The notes under the pieces are model-generated. The model was not told where the DNA came from. It made no database searches and saw only the letters and a program-made list of their open reading frames with translations. From NCBI RefSeq assembly GCF_006345805.1, contig NC_043005.1, forward strand, positions 85,312,001 through 85,376,000: a stretch of 64,000 nucleotides of DNA, given 5' to 3'. This DNA is from Octopus sinensis. Taxonomy: Eukaryota. The translations under genes were made by a program, and so were the position numbers. Shown here one piece after another: positions 54,801-64,000 of the stretch (position 1 is the stretch's first letter; every line of letters begins with the position of its first letter).

Positions 54801-55985
54801 GTATGTGTATCTATATATGCATGCATGCATGTATGTATGTCTGAATGTATGTATGTTTGTATGTGTGTATGTATGTACGTATGTATGTATGTATTTATGT
54901 ATGTATGTGAATATGTATGTATGTGTGTATGTATGTATGTATGTGTCTAGTATGTATGTATGTATGTATGTGTGTATGTATGTGCCACATGCATGGTTGC
55001 CTGGGTCAGACAGAATTTGTTGAATCAGGAAGATGTATTATCCCTTTTTGTTTATCGCTGGTTATATCAAAGAATTTTGTAGAAATATAGAAGGGGTCAG
55101 ACAGCATGTGTATGATGGATTTGTTGTTTCTAAGTTAAGAAAGAAACAACCACCATTATAGCGTGTCCTCAAATGGTTAGCATCATGTCTTCTACGAGTT
55201 TCTGTGTTTGACTCAGAATCTCAAGTCAAGAATATTCTTTCCAGATGTAGGTCTGCCATGATGGTTATGGTTGGAGAACACTTGATGGTTGACCAGAGGG
55301 TAGACAACAAAAAACTTCGCAACTGCTTTGGTGTGAACAGAATAACAGAAGTAATTATAACTCTTTTCTGTGTTTGGAGTTCAGAGTTCCAAGTATGACA
55401 AAGTAATTATAGAATTTATTACTTCCAGTGTTGGTTATTTAAGTACAATTCAAGTATTTGGCATGTTTTAATCGGCCAAAAAATCACCAAGTAATTTGTG
55501 GCATGATTCCAAGTTTGGTAATCAATACAAACATATTCCTGTTTTGTTTCTCAACATATATCATTCTCTGTTATTTTTTGTTGTTACAAAGTCAAACTCC
55601 ACCTATTTAATGCCTCATTTCTTCCCCTCCTTCTTAATTTATTATGGCCTATATAGTATAATTAATTTCCTCTGTCTTATACCCCCAGCTTCTCCCTCAC
55701 TCTCTGTCACCTGCACCAACTCTCTCTCTTCCTTCCTTTCGCAAACACAGTTATTTACTCTCTAAACAGCAGCTTGTTATTAGTTCAGAGGTTCCTTCAC
55801 AATGTCCGTTTTAATTCTCCAAATTGATTCTGTCACATGACTTGGTCCTGTGTCAATCTCAAGAATCTTCATAAAAAAAATGTAATAAATTCTCCTCTCT
55901 GGTGAAACCATACATCACTCACCAATATCTGTATACGCACACGCTCATATACACAAAAACCAGGTACACAAGTGCACCCCTTCTC

Positions 55986-56016
<31 letters not shown>

Positions 56017-56844
56017 TACAATATATGCATACTTATGTATAGGTATATATATAAGTAAATAGACATTGCACATATATATATATAACCTATTTGATACCTT
56101 TATGAACTGGGCTAATTTAGCTATTACTCCGTAGATTGAAGGAAATGATGGATGACCTTAATCGATTTTTGAATCGTATTGCAATCTCATCAAAGGTGTC
56201 TACATCAATTTCATCAATTCCAGAGAAACAGGCAGTCAATCTGTTTATATACTCAAAAATTACAATAGCTACAGAAAAGTGGAGCTACTAATTTGCGTAC
56301 TATAAGTGTTAAAACCTTATTTAATATCAAGGGCCTAACAACTGGGGTCTCAGTCCTCACAGTATGATATATGTAACCTATACAGTACCTGTATAAACAG
56401 GGCTGAATTAGCTTCCACATAAATTGAAAAAATGATGAACAACATTAATCAAGTTTTGAAACTTAATGAATTCTCATCAAATATATATATATACATACAC
56501 AAAGTAAATGGAGAATACATACACAGAATAATCAATTCATTTGTGAATTAGAATAAACTCTCCATCTATTAGGATGGGAAAAATATCAAGCAATTTGCCC
56601 TGAGGAAGTTTTTTTTTGTTTTTCAGCTTCATAGTGCACATTACATGTGTAAATATGGATGAGAGCAATCAACCGAAATGCAGTGTAGGTAATATGAATG
56701 AACTTAGTAATTTGACCGGACTATGACAATAAATGGATTGATTATTCTCCTAAGCAGACCGAGTGCAGATATGAATAGCATATGGGAACCAGTATTAAGG
56801 AAGGAAAGGAAAATATTAGATTTATAAGCCCTAAAAATTCACTC

Positions 56845-56963
56845 CATATTTGCCCACAGGCATATGGCATAGTGGTTAAGAGCATGGGCTACTAACCCCA
56901 AGATTCTGAGTTAGATTCTAGGCAGTGACCTGAATAATAATAATGATAATAATAATAATAATG

Positions 56964-57022
<59 letters not shown>

Positions 57023-57317
57023 CATAATAATAATAATGATAATAATAATAATAATAATAATAATGATAACAGCAACAACAACAACAATAATAATAACATC
57101 GAAAAATACCTTAGGAATGAGAACCCAGGTTTGAAATTTCCCCAAGCCCAAGACACCTGATGAAGGCTGGAGGGTATATCAGCAAAAACGTGTTAACAAG
57201 AAACAAGATGAGGACAAATATCCATCAAATGTAAAGAATGTAAATAAAACACGAGATCTGTCAAAGGTAAATAATGTAAATAATGTACATAATTCCTCAT
57301 CTCTTAAATATAGAACT
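56845..57317 (+). mobile_element. SINE family D: tRNA head, (AAT)n, tail with degenerate hammerhead (57151-57195)
   Basis: tggcatagtggttaag A box and gagttagattc B box; agacacctgatgaaggctgg...cagcaaaaacg. Confidence 0.8.
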
Positions 57318-58459
57318 TGATTATTCTGTGTATGTATTCTCCATTTTCTCTGTATTGTTAAATTTTTCACAAACAATGGAAATCTCTATACCAACAACTG
57401 GAATTTCAAAAGTCTAAGGTATGAATATCGAAGAAGTACCAACAATAAACGCTAGTACATATACGCATGTAGAATTTTCGATTATCATAAATCAAAATAG
57501 TGCTAAACTGGTGTATGCTTGGACAATATATCCCTAAAAAAAAACAGCTTCTTTCCATACAGACTTATATGTATATATATATAATTGTTCATTTTGAATT
57601 GATAAAGGTGGGTTTTTTCTAATTTTTATATATATATATATATTGTGTGAAATTTGATTTAGTATTTCTAAATTGAATTTTTTCCCTGTAAGTTAGGATT
57701 AATATTCCCTCAAATAATTATATATATATATATATTATATATATATATATTTATGTATACATATATAGTGGTGCCTCCCAGAATGGGAACAATCTCTGGG
57801 TGAAACCAATATGCACATAGACACATATATATTTATGTAAATATAATCTTTTTTTACTCTAGGCACAAGGCCCAAAATTTGGGGAGAGGGGGTCAGTTGA
57901 TTAGATCGACCAGTATGCAATTGGTAATTAATTTATTGACCCCCAAAAGGATGAAAGGCAAAGTCAACCTTGGCAGAATTTGAACTCAGAGCTTAAAGAC
58001 AGTAAAAATACTGCAAAGCATTTTGCTCAGCATGCTAAAGGTTCTGCCAGCTCGACGCCTTTTTATGTACACATAATGCGTTCCGTGTTGTGTTGCTTCT
58101 TCAACCATCTGTGAACAGTTTCATGTCCAGTTTTCTATGGTAAGAGTTTGTTAATCCTTCTCAAGAAAAAACAAAACCCAACAAACAAACACCTAAAAAA
58201 TCCTATCTTTTGTTTACCTATTGCAAAAACAAGGAAATATTTGCAAACAGCAATGAAAGAACAAACTGGTTTAGCTATGTTAGATAGTTTAGATATTTAA
58301 CTGATTGACTAACAGTTAAGAAGTGATATTGCACCAGTGCATGTGTGTTATTATTATTGGCAAAATGACCCTCCCAAGACACAACAAGATTGAGAGATTA
58401 TTGCTCTTTATTTCTTGCCCAGCACTATTTTTATCAAGACTGAAAAAGAACAAATTTTA

Positions 58460-58860
58460 GGCATAGGAGTGGCTGTGTGGTAAGTAGCTTGCTTGCCAAC
58501 CACATGGTTCCATGTTCATTCCCACTGCGGGGCACTTTGGGCAAGTGTCTTCTACTATAGCCTCAGGCCAACCAAAGTCTTGTGAGTGGATTTAGCAGAC
58601 AGAAGCTGAAAGAAGTCCATCAGATATGTGTGTGTGTGTGTGTGTGTGTGTATGTTTGCGTGTCTTTGTTTGTCCCCCCAACATCGCTTGCCAACCGATG
58701 GTGGTGTGTTTACACCCCCGTAACTTAGCGGTTCGGCAAAAGAGACCAATAGAATAATACTAGGCTTCCAAAGAATAAGTCTTGGGATCAGTTTGCTCGA
58801 CTAAACACAGTGCTCCAGCATGGCCGCAATCAAATGACTGAAACACGTAAAAGAGTAAAG
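58460..58860 (+). mobile_element. SINE family A, full length
   Basis: Complete head ggcataggagtggctgtgtgg through the aaacacgtaaaagagtaaag tail. Confidence 0.9.
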
Positions 58861-59359
58861 TTTACTTTGGTAGGATTTGAACCCAGAATGCAGTGAGCAG
58901 GAATAAAATGACAGAGCATTTTACACACTATCCTAATAACTCAGTAAGCTTCCTGCTTAGCTTGTTTTTGCATAATCTCCTCGTTTAGCGCTGTTTCTGT
59001 TAAAGATTGACCTTTGAGAAACGCATAGTTACTGTACCCATCAATTACATGTGTTATGAATGTGGTTGAATGCATGAAACAGCATTTGCATACATAAAGA
59101 CAATCACGTGTGCACATACATGTGTATGACTACATGTGAATGCACACGCATAAATAATGTGATAGTGTATGTTTGTTGGTAAATCATTATGTTTATATTT
59201 TACACACACACACACGCACACGGACACATGAATAGTCTTAGGTGCGTAGTCATACGACACATTTCTCCGTGTTGAAGTTCTAACCGAATTAGGGATAATC
59301 ATAATGGTTTCAACAATACTATACACCTACAGAGGTCTAACTAGAAATACAAACCGAAC

Positions 59360-59630
59360 GATAACAACAACAACATCATCATTGTCGGCGTCATCGTCAT
59401 CATCATCGTAATCATCATCATCCCCACCATCATCATCATCGGCGTCGCCATCATTGTCATCATCATCATCATCATCATCATCACCGTCGTCATCATCACC
59501 ATCATTATCGTCATCGTCATCATCATCATTTTTATTGTCATGTCATCATCATCATCATCATCACCATCATACCCATCCCCATCGTCATCATCATCATCCC
59601 ATCATCATCATCATCATCATTTTCATCATC

Positions 59631-59661
<31 letters not shown>

Positions 59662-59810
59662 CCTTCATCATCATCTTCATCATCATCATCATCATCCCCA
59701 TCATCATAATCACCATCACCATCATCATCATCATCTTCATCATCATCATCCCCATCATCATCATCATCCCCATCATCGTCATCATCATCATTATCATCAT
59801 CATCATATCA
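59360..59810. repeat. (CAT)n repeat
   Basis: Direct inspection. Confidence 0.95.
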
Positions 59811-60208
59811 TGAGATTCCATTAAGAAGAATGGCTGGATTGCAGGTTTTCCATGTATCATATGTTTAAGGTGTTACTATATGTGTTGTTTATATTTCCAA
59901 AGTTTTTCGGTTTTTTTTCTTTTTCTTAATCTCATGAAACATCTCTCAATAACAGGTTACTGATTCAAAGATGAATCCATTTTGTTGTGGAAACACTCAT
60001 TTTTTTGTGATAATGATGATCTCTGAAACTCTTACATAATTTTTTGGATTATCTCTAAATACTGTGATTGAGGAATTATATAATAAGTTCCCGTACTCTT
60101 GTCTCTGTTATTCACTCACCGAATTCTTAATCTATTGGGTTCTTAGATAAATTAATTTGTTTCCTTCATATGTTATTTGAAGTAATGCAAAAAATATCTT
60201 TATCTTAA

Positions 60209-60949
60209 TGTTCTATATTTTTATATTGAAGATATGAGGAATTATGAACATTATGTACATTATTTACATTTTACGGATATTTGTCCTCATCTTATTCGTT
60301 GTTAACACAATGTTTCAGCTAATATACGCCCCAGCCTTCATCAAATGTCTTGGGGAAATTTTGAAACTGGGTTCTCATTCTCAAGGTATTTTTCAAAGTT
60401 ATTATTATTATTATTATTATTGAGTGAGAGGGTAGCGTATGCCATCAAAGTGACACTGGGGTGAAATATACAAAGCCCAGTATACCCATAATGACTACCC
60501 GTCTGATAACGGTACACCAGGCACATGCATCACAACCATATAAACAGCGCATGACCTTGTAGGTGGGGCCCAGTTAGAATTTTCTTCTGGTCAAGTAACC
60601 CATTCCACTCAAAAAGTCCCTGATTAAGGATTGTTTAAGGATGTTGAATGAAACACCCATGTTTCCAGAGGTGAATTATTCAAACCCCAAAGAATCCCTC
60701 TCAACACATGGCTATGATACTCCCCCACTACTTCTGCTCGTGATCAGAGATGCACATATCGTCAGCCAATAAGGGAAATGCTCAACTGGTTAAGGTCAAA
60801 CAACTGACAAGCAAATCTGTGGTATTGAGCAGAATATTTGCTGTAGCCCATCTTTTATACCAAGACAAAACAATGTACATGATAACACCTCTAATCAATT
60901 AAGATGAGAAGCCATGAGAGCCACTGCCTGGTACTACATCAGGGCATTG

Positions 60950-60991
<42 letters not shown>

Positions 60992-61089
60992 GCTGTTGTT
61001 ATTATTCAGGTCACTACTTGGAATTGAACTTGGAACCTTGGGGTTAGTATCCTGCGCTCATAACCACAATGCCATATGCCCATGGGCAT

Positions 61090-61127
<38 letters not shown>

Positions 61128-61318
61128 TAATAAAATCATCGAAAAATACCTCAGGAATGAGAACCCAGGTTTGAAATTTCCCCCAAGACACCTGATGAAG
61201 GCTGGAGAGTATGCCAGCTGAAACGTTGTTAACAACAAACATGATGAGGACAAATATCCGTCAAATGTAAATAATGTAAATAATGTAAATAATTCCTCAT
61301 CTCTCAAATATAGAACTG
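60209..61318. mobile_element. Head-to-head pair of SINE D; an unrelated ~530-bp element (60422-60948) is inserted in the (TTA)n of the left copy
   Basis: Left copy (-) runs from head 61081 to tail 60209; right copy (+) spans 61082-61318; palindromic junction at 61074-61091; hammerhead-like motifs at ~60304-60350 (-) and 61185-61230 (+). Confidence 0.8.
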
Positions 61319-61330
61319 AATTACAAATTC

Positions 61331-61717
61331 CTTTATTCTGTAACTTGTTTCAGTCATTTGGCTGCACCCATGCTGGAGCACTGCCTTCAGTCAAGCAAAT
61401 CAACCCCAGGACTTATTCTTTGTAAGGCTAGTACTTATTCTATCAGTTCTTTTGCCACACCGCTAAGTTACAGGGATGTAAACACACCAGCATCGGTTGT
61501 CAAAAAATGTTGGTGGGGGGGGGGTCAGACACAGACACACAAACACACACACACACATATACAATGGGCTTCTTTCAGTTTTCGTCTACCAAATCCACTC
61601 ACAAGGCTTTGGTCAACCTGAGGCTATAGTAGAAGACACTTGCCCAAGGTGCCGCTCGGTGGGACCGAACCCAGAACCATGTGGTTGGTAAGCAAGCTAC
61701 TTACCACACAGCCACTC
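61331..61717 (-). mobile_element. SINE family A, full length
   Basis: Family homology. Confidence 0.85.
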
Positions 61718-62869
61718 TAAGTAAAATATCATAAGGATTTAAAAACTAGCACTGGTCGTGAAATTAATGTGGAAGTGGCTGAGTACCCCATAGTCGTGCA
61801 TACACTTATTGTAATTCTCAGGGAGATTCAGTGTGATACAGAATGTCACAAAGCTGGCCCTTTGAAATACAAGAACACCTTGTTTTCGACAGTTGGGTGG
61901 ACTGGAGCTAAGGGAAAACAATTTTCTTGCTCAAGGACACACTGTGCCACTAGGAATTGAACTCATGTCCTTACGATTATGAGCTGAATGTGCTAACCAC
62001 AAAGCCATGGTCCCTTCACTTATGAGCAGCCAAATACATACACGCACACAAACACATTGACATTCCCACGTACATATACACAAATCTATACATAGACACA
62101 CGCAATCTATAAACAAAACAAAGAAAAAAGGAGGAGGGAAGGGATGATGTCATACTTCGTCACCCACGCACTTAATTTTATTGCAATTAGTGGTAATAAT
62201 TAACTTGCGTGAATATAAAAGTTTATAAGAAGATTGAAAGGCTTCCATTGAGTAGTGTTTGCTTTATGAATGACTGTGTGTGTATATATGGATTTATGTG
62301 TGTATATATGTGTGTATATGAATATACAAGAATGTTCATATGTGTGTATATATGTGTGTATATATGAATATATGTCTGTATATATGTGTGTATATGAATA
62401 TATGCATGTATATATACGAATGTTTATATGTGTATATATCAATATATGTGTGTATATATGAATAGATAAGAATGTTTATATGTGTGTATAGATGAATATA
62501 TGTGTGTATATATGAATATATGTGTGTATATATGTGTGTATATGAATATATGCATGTATATATGAATATACGTTTGTATATATATATATGTGTATATGAC
62601 TATATGTGTGTATATATAAGAATGTTTATATGTATATATATATATGAATAGATAAGAATGTTCATATGTGTGTATATATCAATATATGTGTGTATATATG
62701 TATTTGATAATGTGTGTGTCCTCGTTTGTGTGAGTTTGCAAGCTGAGGATAATTTCAGTGCATGTCAATATTTACGGTTTGCATGAAGTCAGCATTTCCA
62801 AGTCTGCAATTTAACGAGTCTCAGCAAGTTCTCACTGTTCAGCCAATATTTGCCAGCTACATGCTATCC

Positions 62870-62912
62870 ACTCAGTAGCTGTGTGTGAGTGTGCGCATGT
62901 GTGTATGTGTGT

Positions 62913-62948
<36 letters not shown>

Positions 62949-63642
62949 ATGCGTGTGTGTCTGAGTGTATGTGTGTGGTTGTGTGTGTGTCTGCATGTAC
63001 GTGTGTATGTGTGTGTGTCTGTGTGTGTCTGGTGTGTGTGTGTGTATGTGTGTCTGCATGTACATGTGTGTGTGTGTGTCTGCATGTGTCTGTATGTGTG
63101 TGTGTGTGTGAATGAGTGTATGTGCTTTTGTGTGCGTCTGTATGTGTCTGCATGTGTGTGTGTGTCTGCGTGTGTGTCTGCGTGTGTGTGTGTGTGAGTG
63201 AGTGCATGTGCTTTTGTGTGCATCTGTATGTGTCTGCATCTGTGTGTGTGCATGTGTCTGCATGTACATGTGTGTAATTGTGTGTGGTGTGTGTGTGGTG
63301 TGTGTGTATGTATGCGTGTGTGTCTGAGTGTATGTGTGGTGGTTGTGTGTGTGTCTGCATGTACTGTGTATGTGTGTGTCTGTGTGTTTCTGTGTGTGTC
63401 TGTGTGTGTGTGTTGTTGTCTGCATGTACATGTGTGTGTGTGTGTCTGCATGTGTCTGTATGTGTGTGTGTGTGTGAATGAGTGTATGTGCTTTTGTGTG
63501 CGTCTGTATGTGTCTGCATGGGTTGTGTGTCTGCGTGGTGTGTCTGCTGTGTGTGTGTGTGAGTGAGTGCATGTGCTTTTGTGTGCATCTGTATGTGTCT
63601 GCATCTGTGTGTGTGCATGTGTCTGCATGTACATGTGTGTAA

Positions 63643-63675
<33 letters not shown>

Positions 63676-63915
63676 CGTGTGTGTGAGTGAGTGTATGTGC
63701 TTTTGTGTGCGTCTGTATGTTTCTGCATGTGTGTGTGTGTCTGCGTGTGTGTCTGCGTGCGTGTGTGTGTGTGTGTGAGTGTATGTGCTTTTGTGTGCAT
63801 CTGTATGTGTCTGCATGTGTGTGTGTGTGTGCCTGCATATACACATGTGCATGTGTCTGCATGTACATGTGTGTGTGTGTATGTGTGTGTCTGCGTGTGT
63901 GTCTGTGCATGTGTA
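62870..63915. repeat. (TG)n-based compound minisatellite with higher-order duplications
   Basis: Repeated atgtgcttttgtgtgc..tctgtatgtgtctgcat blocks. Confidence 0.95.
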
Positions 63916-64000
63916 CAGTCCGCAAATGGACTTAATCGGTCAGTAACTACAAATAAGTTATAGATTTTTCCTTGACAGGACTGAAGGCCACATATTTATA

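Noticed and set aside
56100-56480. Two diverged ~100-bp direct repeats
   Set aside because: Too degenerate to assign, with no structure or termini
58460-58540. tRNA-like sequences (SINE A, D, F and G heads)
   Set aside because: A/B boxes are present but I could not fold a cloverleaf, and they run into SINE bodies

Overview
Repeat-dense animal genomic DNA. The SINE, LINE and microsatellite content looks like Octopus (my inference, not a database result). I cannot support any host protein-coding gene. The window holds large microsatellite blocks, several tRNA-headed SINE families (working names A, B, D, F, G), a full-length but disrupted RTE LINE with a 12-bp TSD, 3' ends of a second RTE lineage and of CR1-clan LINEs, Tc1 and mariner remnants, a hAT-like MITE, Helentron-like non-autonomous elements and Penelope-like (PLE) remnants. 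The main signal is a set of predicted self-cleaving RNA motifs in mobile DNA. (1) A 471/472-bp ORF-less tandem-plus-inverted array (25366-26935) has units that each carry a type I hammerhead with a palindromic stem III and a GUC cleavage triplet, i.e. a retrozyme-like element. (2) An HDV-like ribozyme fold starts at the 5' junction of the RTE. (3) A tRNA-headed SINE has a minimal hammerhead in its tail and sits head-to-head around the same palindromic centre at three loci. (4) Several inverted pLTR pairs and variant hammerhead cores also occur. All ribozyme calls come from manual base-pairing and are untested. Coordinates of degenerate repeats are approximate.
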